Positions 44,601-60,259 of a DNA stretch of 64,000 bases are shown piece after piece; the first letter of the stretch is position 1; every line of letters starts with the position of its first letter. Source of the DNA: Heterodontus francisci (lineage: Eukaryota); assembly GCF_036365525.1 (NCBI RefSeq), contig NC_090378.1, positions 124,605,593 through 124,669,592 of the forward strand, written 5' to 3'. The notes beneath the pieces are model-generated. The model was not told the DNA's origin and searched no databases. It was given only the letters and a program-made list of their open reading frames with translations. A program made the position numbers and the translations under genes.

Positions 44601-47600
44601 CTGTACTGACACATCCCACAGTTATATATAATATATAATAATGGACACACAGTCCCACCTCCGATACTGAAACCTCCCACAGATATATATAATATATTAT
44701 AATGGACACACAGTGCCACCTTCTGTCTGAAACATCCCACAGTTATATATAGTGTGTAAAAATGCACACACAGTCCCTCCTCCTGTACTGAAACATCCCA
44801 CAGTTATATATAATAGATAATAATGGACACACAGTCCCACCTCCTGTACTGACATATCCCACAGTTATATATAATAAATAATAATGGACACACAGTCCCT
44901 CCTCCTGTACTGACACATCCCACAGTTATATATAATATATAATAATGGACACAGAGTCCAATCTTCTGTACTGACACGTCCCACAGTTGCATATAATATA
45001 TTATAATGGACACACAGTCCCACCTCCTGTCCTGACATATCCCACAGTTATATATAATAAATAATAATGGACACACAGTCCCACACCTGCACTGACACAT
45101 CCCACAGTTATATATAATATATAATAATGGACACACAGTCCCACATCCAGAACTGACACGTCCCACAGTTATATTTAATAAATAATAATGGACACACAGT
45201 CCCAACTCCTATACTGACAAATCCCACACTTATATCTAACTTATAATAATGGACACACAGTCCCACCTCCTGTACTGACACTTCCCACAGTTATATATAA
45301 TATATAATGATGGACACACAGTCCCACCTCCTGTACTGACACATCCCACAGTTATATATAATATATAATAATGGACACACAGTCCCACCTCCTGTACTGA
45401 CACATCCCACAGTTATATATAATATACAATAATGGACACACAGTCCCACCTCCTGTACTGACACATCCCACAGTTATATATAATATATAATAATGGACAC
45501 ACAGTCCCACCTCCTGTACTGACACATCCCACAGTTATATATAATATATAATAATGGACACACAGTCCCTCCTCCTGTACTGACACATCCCACAGTTATA
45601 TATAATATATAATAATGGACACACAGTCCCACCTCCTGTACTGACACATCCCACAGTTATATATAATATATAATAATGGACACACAGTCCCACCTCCTGT
45701 ACTGACACATCCCACAGTTATATATAATATATAATAATGGACACAAAGTCCCACCTCCTGTACTGACACATCCCACAGTTATATATAATATATAATAATG
45801 GACACACAGTCCCACCTCCTGTACTGACACATCCCACAGTTATATATAATATATAATAATGGAAACACAGTCCCACCTCCTGTACTGACACATCCCACAG
45901 TTATATATAGTATATAATAATGGACACACAGTCCCTCCTCCTGTACTGACACATCCCACAGTTATATATAATATATAATAATGGACACACAGTCCCACCT
46001 CCTGTACTGACACATCCCACAGTTATATATAATATATAATAATGGAAACACAGTCCCACCGCCTGTACTGACACATCCCACAATTATATATAATATATAA
46101 TAATGGACACACAGTCCCACCTCCTGCACTGAGACATCCCACAATTATATCTTCTAGATAATAATGGATACACAGTCCCTCCTCCTGTACTGACACATCC
46201 CACAGTTATATATAATAAATAATAATGGACACACAGTCCCACACCTGCACTGACACATCCCACAGTTATATATCATGTATAATAATGGACACACAGTCCC
46301 ACATCCTGTACTGACACATCCCACAGTTATATATAATAAATAATAATGGACACACAGTCCCACACCTGCAGTGACACATCCCACAGTTATATATAATATA
46401 TAATAATGGACACACAGTCCCACATCCAGAACTGACACGTCCCACAGTTATATATAATATATAATAATGGACACACAGTCCCACCTCCTGTACTGACACT
46501 TCCCACAGTTATATATAATATATAATAATGGAAACACAGTCTCACCTCCTGTACTGACACATCCCACAATTATATATAATATATAATAATGGAAACACAG
46601 TCTCACCTCCTGTACTGACACATCCCACAGTTATATATAATATATAATAATGGACACACAGTCCCACCTCCTGTACTGACACATCCCACAGTTATATATA
46701 ATATATAATAATGGACACACAGTCCCACCTCCTGTACTGACACATCCCACAGTTATATATAATATATAATAATGGAAACACAGTCCCACCGCCTGTACTG
46801 ACACATCCCACAGTTATATATAATATATAATAATGGACACACAGTCCCACCTCCTGCACTGACACATCCCACATTTATATATAAAAGATAATAATGGACA
46901 CTCAGTCCCTCCTCCTGTACTGACACATTCCACAGTTATATATAATAGATAATAATGGACACACAGTCCCACCTCCTACACTGACATATCCCGCTGTAAT
47001 ATATAATATATAATAATGGACACACAGACACTGCTCCTGTACAGAAACATCCCACAGTTATATATAATATATAATAATGGACAGACAGTCCCACATCCTG
47101 CACTGACACATCCCACAGTTATAAATAATATATAATAATGGACACACAGTCCCACCTCCTGCACTGACACATCCCACATTTATATATAATATGTAATTAT
47201 GGACACACAGTCCCACCTCCTGCACTGACACATCCCACAATTATATATTTAAAAAAAATTGGACACACAGTCCCTCCTCCAGTTCTGACATTTCCCTCAG
47301 TAATATATAATCAATAATAATGGACACACAGTCCCACCTCCTGTACTGACACATCCCACAGTTATATATAATATATAATAATGGACACAGAGTCCCATCT
47401 TCTGTACTGACACGTCCCACAGTTGTCTATAATATATTATAATGGACACAAAGTCCCACCTCCTTCACTGACATATCCCACAGTTATCTATAATATATAA
47501 TAATGGACACACAGTCCCACCTCCTATACTGACATATCCCTCAGTTATATATAATATATAACAATGGACACACAGTCCCACCTCCTGTACTGACACATCC

Positions 47601-50600
47601 CACAGTTATGTATCATGTATAATAATGGACACGCAGTCCCACATCCTGTACTGACACATCCCACAGTTATATATAATATATAATAATGGACACACAGTCC
47701 CTCCTCCTGTACTGACACATCCCACAGTTATATATAATATATAATAATGGACACACAGTCCCACCTCCTTCACTGACATATCCCACAGTTATATATAATA
47801 TATAATAATGGACACACAGTCCCTCCTCCTGTATGGACACATCCCACAGTTATATATAATATATAATAATGGACACACAGTCCCTCCTCCTGTACTGACA
47901 CATCCCACAGTTATATATAATATATAATAATGGACACACAGTCCCTCCTCCTGTACTGACACATCCCACAGTTATATATAATATATAATAATGGACACAC
48001 AGTCCCACCTCCTTCACTGACATATCCCACAGTTATATATAATATATAATAATGGACACACAGTCCCTCCTCCTGTATGGACACATCCCACAGTTATATA
48101 TAATATATAATAATGGACACACAGTCCCACCTCCTTCACTGACATATCCCACAGTTATATATAATATATAATAATGGACACACAGTCCCTCCTCCTGTAT
48201 GGACACATCCCACAGTTATATATAATATATAATAATGGACACACAGTCCCTCCTCCTGTATGGACACATCCCACAGTTATATATAATATATAATAATGGA
48301 CACACAGTCCCTCCTCCTGTACTGACACATCCCACAGTTATATATAATATATAATAATGGACACACAGTCCCTCCTCCTGTACTGACACATCCCACAGTT
48401 ATATATAATATATAATAATGGACACACAGTCCCACCTCCTTCACTGACATATCCCACAGTTATATATAATATATAATAATGGACACACAGTCCCTCCTCC
48501 TGTATGGACACATCCCACAGTTATATATCATATATAATAATGGATACACAGTCCCACCTCCTGTACTGACACATCCCACAGTTATATATAATATATAATA
48601 ATGGACACACAGTCCCTCCTCCTGTACTGACACATCCCACAGTTATATATAATATATAATAATGGACACACAGTCCCACCTCCTTCACTGACATATCCCA
48701 CAGTTATATATAATATATAATAATGGACACACAGTCCCTCCTCCTGTATGGACACATCCCACAGTTATATATAATATATAATAATGGACACACAGTCCCT
48801 CCTCCTGTATGGACACATCCCACAGTTATATATAATATATAATAATGGATACACATTCCCACCTCCTGCACTGACACATCCCACAGTTATATATAATATA
48901 TAATAATGGACACACAGTCCCACCTCCTGTACTGACACATCCCACAGTTATATATAATAGATAATAATGGATACACAGTGCCACCTCCTGTACTGACACA
49001 TCCCACAGTTATATCTAATATATAATAATGGACACACAGTCCCACCTCCTTCACTGACACATCCCACAGTTATATATAATATATAATAATGGAAACACAG
49101 TCCCTCTTCCTTTTCTGACACATCCCACATTTATATATAATATATAATAATGGACACACAGTCCCACCTCCTGCACTGAGACATCCCACAGTTATATCTT
49201 CTGGACAATAATAGATACACAGTCCCTCCTCCTGCACTGACACATCCCACAGTTATATATAATATATAATAATGGACACACAGTCCCACCTCCTGCACTG
49301 ACATATCCCACAGTTATATATAATATATATAAATGCACACACAGTCCCACCTCCTGTACTGACACATCCCACAGTTATATATAATATATAATAATGGACA
49401 CACAGTCCCACCTCCTGCACTGACATATCCCACAGTTATATATAATATATATAAATGCACACACAGTCCCACCTCCTGTACTGACACATCCCACAGTTAT
49501 ATATAATATATAATAATGGACACACAGTCCCACCTCCTGCACTGACATATCCCACAGTTATATATAATATATATAAATGCACACACAGTCCCACCTCCTG
49601 TACTGACACATCCCACAGTTATATATAATATATAATAATGGACACACAGTCCCACCTCCTGCACTGACATATCCCACAGTTATATATAATATATATAAAT
49701 GCACACACAGTCCCACCTCCTGTACTGACACATCCCACAGTTATATATAATATATAATAATGGACACACAGTACCACCTCCTGCACTGACATATCCCACA
49801 GTTATATATAATATATATAAATGCACACACAGTCCCACCTCCTGTACTGACACATTCCACAGCTTTATATAATATATAATAACGGACACACATTCCCATC
49901 TCCTGCACTGACACATCCCACAGTTATATATAATATATAATAATGGACACACAGTCCCACCTCCTGTACTGACACATTCCACAGCTTTATATAATATATA
50001 ATAACGGACACACATTCCCATCTCCTGCACTGACACATCCCACAGTTATATCTAATATATTATAATGGACACACAGTCCCTCCTCCTGCACTGACACATC
50101 CCACAGTTATATATAATCGCTAATAATGGACACACAGTCCCAGCTCCTGAACTGACACGTCCCACAGTAACATATAATAAATAATAATGGACACACAGTC
50201 CCACCTCCTGCACTGAAACCTCCCACAGTTATATATAATATATTATAATGGACACACAGTCCCACCTCCTGTACTGACACGTCACACAGTTGTAAATAAT
50301 ATATAGCAATGGACACACAGTCCCACCTCCTGTACTGAAACATCCCACAGTTATATATAATAGATAATAATGGACACACAGTCCCACCTCCTGTACTGAC
50401 ATATCCCACAGGTATATATAATAAATAATAATGGACACACAGTCCCTCCTCCTGTACTGACACATCCCACAGTTATATATAATATATAATAATGGACACA
50501 GAGTCCAATCTTCTGTACTGACACGTCCCACAGTTGTATATAATATATTATAATGGACACACAGTCCCACCTCCTGTCCTGACATATCCCACAGTTATAT

Positions 50601-51200
50601 ATAATATATAATAATGGACACACAGTCCCACATCCTGCACTGACACATCCCACAGTTATAAATAATATATAATAATGGACACACAGTCCCACCTCCTGCA
50701 CTGACACATCCCACAATTATATATTTTAAAAAAATTGGACACACAGTCCCTCCTCCACTTCTGACATTTCCCTCAGTAATATATAATCAATAATAATGGA
50801 CACACAGTCCCACCTCCTGTACTGACACATCCCACAGTTATATATAATATATAATAATGGACACAGAGTCCCATCTTCTGTACTGACACGTCCCACAGTT
50901 GTCTATAATATATTATAATGGACACAAAGTCCCACCTCCTTCACTGACATATCCCACAGTTATCTATAATATATAATAATGGACACACAGTCCCACCTCC
51001 TATACTGACATATCCCACAGTTATATATAATATATAACAATGGACACACAGTCCCACCTCCTGTACTGACACATCCCACAGTTATGTATCATGTATAATA
51101 ATGGACACGCAGTCCCACCTCCTGTATTGACACATCCCACAGTTATATATAATATATAATAATGGACACACAGTCCCACCTCCTGTACTGACACATCCCA
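38690..51200 (+). repeat. Large tandem duplication, offset 6338 bp growing to 6582 bp through internal monomer gains
   Basis: The marker TCCCACATCCAGAACTGACACG is at 38801 and 45139 (6338). ORF pairs: 39563/45901 and 40638/46976 (6338), 42427/48948 (6521), 43525/50107 (6582). Confidence 0.9.
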
Positions 51201-54200
51201 CAGTTATATATTATATATAATAATGGACACACAGTCCCACCTCCTGCACTGCAAGATCCCACAGTTATATATATTATATAATAATGGACACACAGTCCCA
51301 TCTTCTGTACTGACACGTCCCACAGTTGTCTATAATATATTATAATGGACACAACGTCCCACCTCCTTCACTGACATATCCCACAGTTATCTATAATATA
51401 TAATAATGGACACACAGTCCCACCTCCTATACTGACATATCCCACAGTTATATATAATATATAACAATGGACACACAGTCCCACCTCCTGTACTGACACA
51501 TCCCACAGTTATGTATCATGCATAATAATGGACACACAGTCCCACCTCCTGTACTGACAATTCCGACAGTGATACATAATATATAATAATGGACGCACAG
51601 TCCCATCTTCTGTACTGACACGTCCCACAGTTGTATATAATATATTATCATGGATACACAGTCCCTCCTCCTGTACTGACACATCCCACAGTTATAGATA
51701 ATATATAATAATGGACACACAGTCCCTCCTCCTGTACTGACACATCCCACAGTTATATATAATATATAATAATGGACACACAGTCCCACCTCCTTCACTG
51801 ACATATCCCACAGTTATATATAATATATAATAATGGACACACAGTCCCTCCTCCTGTATGGACACATCCCACAGTTATATATAATATATAATAATGGACA
51901 CGCAGTCCCACCTCCTGTACTGACAATGCCGACAGTGATACATAATATATAATAATGGACACACAGTCCCACCTCCTTCACTGACATATCCCACAGTTAT
52001 ATATAATATATAATAATGGACACACAGTCCCTCCTCCTGTATGGACACATCCCACAGTTATATATAATATATAATAATGGACACACAGTCCCTCCTCCTG
52101 TATGGACACATCCCACAGTTATATATAATATATAATAATGGACACGCAGTCCCACCTCCTGTACTGACAATGCCGACAGTTATATATAATATATAATAAT
52201 GAACACACAGTCCCACCTCCTGTACTGACACATCCCACAGTTATATCTAATAGATATAATGGATACACAGTCCCTCTTCCTTTTCTGACACATCCCACAT
52301 TTATAGATAATATATAATAATGGACACACAGTCCCTCCTCCTGTATGGACACATCCCACAGTTATATATAATATATAATAATGGACACACAGTGCCACCT
52401 CCTGTACTGACACATCCCACAGTTATATCTAATAGATATAATGGATACACAGTCCCACCTCCTGCACTGACATATCCCACAGTTATATATAATATATAAT
52501 AATGAACACACAGTCCCACCTCCTGTACTGACACATCCCACAGTTATATATAATATATAATAATGAACACACAGTCCCACCTCCTGTACTGACACATCCC
52601 ACAGTTATATATAATATATAATAATGGACACACAGTCCCACCTCCTGTACTGACACATTCCACAGCTTTATATAATATATAATAATGGACACACATTCCC
52701 ATCTCCTGCACTGACACATGCCACAGTTATATCTAATATATTATAATGGACACACAGTCCCTCCTCCTACACTGACACATCCCACAGTTATATATAATCG
52801 CTAATAATGGACACAGTCCCACCTCCTGAACTGACACGTCCCACAGTTATATATAATATATAATAATGGACACACAGTCCCACCTCCGATACTGAAACCT
52901 CCCACAGATATATATAATATATTATAATGGACACACAGTGCCACCTTCTGTCTGAAACATCCCACAGTTATATATAGTGTGTAAAAATGCACACACAGTC
53001 CCTCCTCCTGTACTGAAACATCCCACAGTTATATATAATAGATAATAATGGACACACAGTCCCACCTCCTGTACTGACATATCCCACAGTTATATATAAT
53101 AAATAATAATGGACACACAGTCCCTCCTCCTGTACTGACACATCCCACAGTTATATATAATATATAATAATGGACACAGAGTCCAATCTTCTGTACTGAC
53201 ACGTCCCACAGTTGCATATAATATATTATAATGGACACACAGTCCCACCTCCTGTCCTGACATATCCCACAGTTATATATAATAGATAATAATGGACACA
53301 CAGTCCCACCTCCTGCACTGACTAATCCCAGATTTATATCTCATAGATAAAAATGGATACACAGTCCCACCTCCTGTACTGACATATCCCACAGTTATAT
53401 ATAATATATAATAATGGACACACAGTCCCACCTCCTGCACTGACATGTCCCACAGTTATATATAATATATAATAATGGACACAGAGTCCAATCTTCTGTA
53501 CTGACACGTCCCACAGTTGCATATAATATATTATAATGGACACACAGTCCCACCTCCTGTCCTGACATATCCCACAGTTATATATAATAGATAATAATGG
53601 ACACACAGTCCCACCTCCTGCACTGACTAATCCCAGAGTTATATCTCATAGATAAAAATGGATACACAGTCCCACCTCCTGTACTGACATATCCCACAGT
53701 TATATATAATATATAATAATGGACACACAGTCCCACCTCCTGCACTGACACATCCCACAGTTATATATAATAAATAATAATGGACACACAGTCCCTCCTC
53801 CTGTACTGACACATCCCACAGTTATGTATAATATATAATAATAGACACAGAGTCCCATCTTCTGTACTGACACGTCCCACAGTTGTATATAATATATTAT
53901 AATGGACACACAGTCCCACCTCCTGTCCTGACATATCCCACAGTTATATATAATAAATAATAATGGACACACAGTCCCTCCTCCTGTACTGACACATCCC
54001 ACAGTTATACATAATTTATAATAATGGACACACAGTCCCACCTCCTTCACTGACATATCCCACAGTTATATATAATATATAATAATGGACACACAGTCCC
54101 ACCTCCTATACTGACATATCCCGCTGCAATATATAATATATAATAATGGACATACAGACACACCTCCTGTACAGAAACATCCCACAGTTATATATAATAT

Positions 54201-57200
54201 ATAATAATGGACAGACAGTCCCACCTCCTGTACTGACACATCCCACAGTTATATATAATATATAATAATGGACACACAGTCCCAGTTCCTGTACTGACAC
54301 ATCCCACAGTTATATATAATATATAATAATGGACAGACAGTCCCACATCCTGTACTGACACATCCCACATTTATATATAATATGTAATAATGGACACACA
54401 GTCCCACCTCCTGCACTGACCATCCCACATTTATATATAATATATAATAATGGACACACAGTCCCACCTCCTGTACTGACACATCCCACAGTTATATATA
54501 ATATATAATAATGGACAGACAGTCCCACCTCCTGTACTGACACATCCCACAGTTATATATAATATATAATAATGGACACACAGTCCCACCTCCTGTACTG
54601 ACACATCCCACATTTATATATAATATGTAATAATGGACACACAGTCCCACCTCCTGCACTGACCATCCCACATTTATATATAATATATAAAATTGGACAC
54701 ACAGTCCCTCCTCCTCTTCTGACATTTCCCTCAGTAATATATAATAAATAATAATGGACACACAGTCCCACCTCCTGTACTGACGCATCCCACAGTTATA
54801 TATAATATATAATAATGGACACAGAGTCCCACCTCCTGTACTGACACATCCCACAGTTATATATAATATATCATAATGGACACACAGTCCCACCTCCTGT
54901 ACTGACGCATCCCACAGTTATATATAATATATAATAATGGACACAGAGTCCCACCTCCTGTACTGACACATCCCACAGTTATATCTAATAGATAATAATG
55001 GACACACAGTCCCACCTCCTGTACTGACTATTGCCACAGTTATATCTAATAGATAATAATGGACACACAGTCCCACCTCCTGTACTGACACATCCCACAC
55101 TTATATATAATGTATAATAGTGGACACACAGTCCCAACTCCTGTAATGACATATCTCATAGTAATATATAATATATAATAATGGACACAAAGTCCCACCT
55201 CCTCGTCTGACATATCCCACACTAATATATAATAAATAATAATGGACACACAGTCCCAACTCCTTCACTGACACATCCCACAGTTATATATAATATATAA
55301 TAATGGACACACAGTCCCACCTCCTGTACTGACACATCCCACAGTTATATATAATATATAATAATGGACACACAATCCCACCTCCTGTAATGACACATCC
55401 CACAGTTATATATAATATATAATAATGGACACACAGTCCCACCTCCTGTAATGACACATCCCACAGTTATAAATAATATATAATAATGGACACACAGTCC
55501 CACCTCCTGCACTGACACATCCCAAAGTTATGTATAATATATAATAATGGACACACAGTCCCACCTCCGGTACTGACACGTCCCACAGTTATATATAATA
55601 TATAATAAAGGACACACAGTCCCACCTCCTGCACTGCAACATCCCACAGTTATATATAATATATAATAATGGACACACAGTCCCACCTCCTGTACTGACA
55701 CATCCCACAGTTATATATAATATATAATAATGGAAACACAGTCCCACCTCCTGCAATGACACATCCCACAGTTATATATAATATATAATAATGGACACAC
55801 AGTCCCACATCCTGTACTGACACATCCCACAGTTATATATTATATATAATAATGGACACACAGTCCCACCTCCTGCAATGACACATCCCACAGTTATATA
55901 TAATATATAATAATGGACACACATGCCCTCCTCCTATACTGACACATCCCACAGTTACATATAATATATAATTATGGACACAAGGTCAGAGATCCTGATC
56001 TGACACATCCCACAGTTATATTTAATGTATAATAATGGACACACAGTCCCACCTCCTGTACCGACACATCCCACATTTATATATAATAGATAATAGTGGA
56101 CACACAGTCCCACCTCCTGTAATGACATATCTCACAGTAATATATAATATATAATAATGGACACACAGTCACTCCTCCTGCACAGACACATCCCACAGTT
56201 ATATATAATATATAATAATGGACACACAGTCCCACCTCCTACGCTGATATATCCCGCTGTAATATATAATATATAATAATGGACACACAGACACAGCTCC
56301 TGTACAGAAACATCCCACAGTTTTATATAATATATAATAATGGACAGACAGTCCCACATCCTGTACTGACACATCCCACAGTTATAAATAATATATAATA
56401 ATGGACACACAGTCCCACCTCCTGCACTGACACATCCCACATTTATATATAATATGTAATAATGGACACACAGTCCCACCTCCTGCACTGACACATCCCA
56501 CAATTATATTTTTTTCAAAAATTGGACACACAGTCCCTCCTCCACTTCTGACATTTCCCTCAGTAATATATAATAAATAATAATGGACACACAGTCCCAC
56601 CTCCTGCACTGACACATCCCTCAGTTATATATAATATATAATAATGGACACAGAGTCCCATCTTCTGTACTGACACGTCCCACAGTTGTCTATAATATAT
56701 TATAATGGACACAAAGTCCCACCTCCTTCACTGATATATCCCACAGTTATCTATAATATATAATAATGGACACACAGTCCCACCTCCTATACTGACATAT
56801 CCCACAGTTATATATAATATATAACAATGGACAAACAGTCCCACCTCCTGTACTGACACATCCCACAGTTATGTATAATATATAATAATGGACACATAGT
56901 CCCACATCCTCTTCCGACATATCCCACAGTAATATATAATATATAATAATGGACACACAGTCCCACCTCCTGCACTGACACGTCCCACAGTTATATATTA
57001 TATATAATAATGGACACACAATCCCACCTCCTGTAATGACACACCCCACAGTTATATATAATATATAATAATGGACACACAGTCCCACCTCCTGTATTGA
57101 CACATCCCACAGTTATATATAATATATAATAATGGACACATAGTCCCACATCCTCTTCCGACATATCCCACAGTAATATATAATATATAATAATGGACAC

Positions 57201-60200
57201 ACAGTCCCACCTCCTGCACTGACACGTCCCACAGTTATATATTATATATAATAATGGACACACAATCCCACCTCCTGTAATGACACACCCCACAGTTATA
57301 TATAATATATAATAATGGACACACAGTCCCACCTCCTGTATTGACACGTCCCACATTTATATATAATATATAATAATGGACACACAGTCCCACCTCCCGC
57401 ACTGACACATCCCACAGTTATATATAATAAATAATAATGGACACACAGTCCCACCTCCTGTACTGACACATCCCACAGTTATATATAATATATAATTATG
57501 GACACACAGTCCCACCTCCTGTACTGACACATCCCACAGTTATATATAATATATAATAATGGACACATAGTCCCACCTCCTTTACTGACACATCCCACAG
57601 TTTTAGATAATATATAATAATGGACACACAGTCCCACCTCCTGTATTGACACATCCCACAGTTATATATAATAAATAATAATGGACGCACATTCCCACCT
57701 CCTGTACTGACACATCCCACAGTTATATATAATATATAATAATGGACACACAGTCCCACCTCCTGTACTGACACATCCCACAGTTATATATAATATATAA
57801 TAATGGACACACAGTCCCACCTCCTGTACTGACACATCCCACAGTTATATATAATATGTAAAAATGGACACACACTCCCACCTCCTGTACTGACACATCC
57901 CACAGTTACATATAATATATAATAATGGACACACAGTCCAACCTCCTGTACTGACACATCCCACAGTTATACATAATATGTAAAAATGGACACACAGTCC
58001 CACCTCCTGCAATGACACATCCCACAGTTATATGTTATATATTATAATGGACACACAGTCCCACATCCTGTACTGACACATCCCACAGTTATATATTATA
58101 TATAATAATGGACACACAGTCCGACCTCCTGTACTGACACGTCCCACAGTTATATATAATACATAATAATGGACACACAGTCCCACCTCCTGTAATGACA
58201 CATCCCACAGTTATATATAATATATAATAATGGACACACAGTCCCACCTCCTGTAATGACACATCCCACAGTTATATATAATATATAATAATGGACACAC
58301 AGTCCCACCTCCTGTAATGACACATCCCACAGTTATATATAATATATAATAATGGACACACAGTCCCACCTCCTGCACTGACATACCCCTCAGTAATATA
58401 TAATATATAATAATGGACACACAGTCACACCTCCTGTAATTACATCTCCCACAGTTATATATAATATATAATAATGGACACATAGTCCCACCTCCTGTAC
58501 TGACACATCCCACAGTTTTAGATAATATATAATAATGGACACACAGTCCCACCTCCTGTATTGACACATCCCACAGTTATATATAATAAATAATAATGGA
58601 CGCACAGTCCCACCTCCTGTACTGACACATCCCACAGTTTTAGATAATATATAATAATGGACACACAGTCCCACCTCCTGTATTGACACATCCCACAGTT
58701 ATATATAATAAATAATAATGGACGCACAGTCCCACCTCCTGTACAGACACATCCCACAGTTATATATAATATATAATAATGGACACACAGTCCCACCTCC
58801 TGTACTGACACATCCCACAGTTTTAGATAATATATAATAATGGACACACAGTCACACCTCCTGTAATTACATCTCCCACAGTTATATATAATATATAATA
58901 ATGGACACATAGTCCCACCTCCTGTACTGACACATCCCACAGTTCTAGATAATATATAATAATGGACACACAGTCCCACCTCCTGTACTGACACATCCCA
59001 CAGTTATACATAATATGTAAAAATGGACACACAGTCCCACCTCCTGTACTGACACATCCCACAGTTTTAGATAATATATAATAATGGACACAGAGTCACA
59101 CCTCCTGTAATTACATCTCCCACAGTTATATATAATACATAATAATGGACACACAGTCCCACCTCCAGTACGGACACATCCCACATTTATATATAATATA
59201 TTATAATGGACACACAGTCCCACCTCCTGCACTGACATACCCCTCAGTAATATATAATATATAATAATGGACACACAGTCACACCTCCTGTAATTACATC
59301 TCCCACAGTTATATATAATATATAATAATGGACACACAGTCCCACCACCTGTACTGATACGTCCCACAGTTATATATAATATATAATAATGGACACACAG
59401 TCCCACCTCCTGTACTGACACAGCCCACAGTTATATATCATATATAATAATGGACACACAATCCCACCTCCTGTAATGACACAGCCCACAGTTATATATA
59501 ATATATAATAATGGACACACAGTCCCACCACCTGTACTGACACAGCCCACAGTTATATATCATATATAATAATGGACACACAGTCCCACCTCCTGCACTG
59601 ACACATCCCACAGTTATATATAATATATAATAATGGACACACAGTCCCACCTCCTGTAATGACACAGCCCACAGTTATATATAATATATAATAATGGACA
59701 CACAGTCCCACCTCCTGCAATGACACATCCCACAGTTATATATAATATATAATAATGGACACACAGTCCCACATCCTGTACTGACACATCCCACAGTTAT
59801 ATATTATATATAATAATGGAAACAAAGTCCCACCTCCTGTACTGACACATCCCACAGTTATATATAATAAATAATAATGGACACACAGTCCCAACTCCTT
59901 CACTGACACATCCCACAGTTATATATAATATATAATAATGGACACACAGTCCCACCTCCTGTACTGACACATCCCACAGTTATATATAATATATAATAAT
60001 GGACACACAATCCCACCTCCTGTAATGACACATCCCACAGTTATATATAATATATAATAATGGACACACACTCCCACTTCCTGTACTGACACATCCCACA
60101 GTTATATATAATATATAATAATGGACACACAGTCCCACCTCCTGTACTGACACATCCCACAGTTATATATAATATATAATAATGGACACACAGTCCCACC

Positions 60201-60259
60201 TCCTGTACTGACACATCCCACAGTTATATATAATATATAATAATGGACACACAGTCCCA

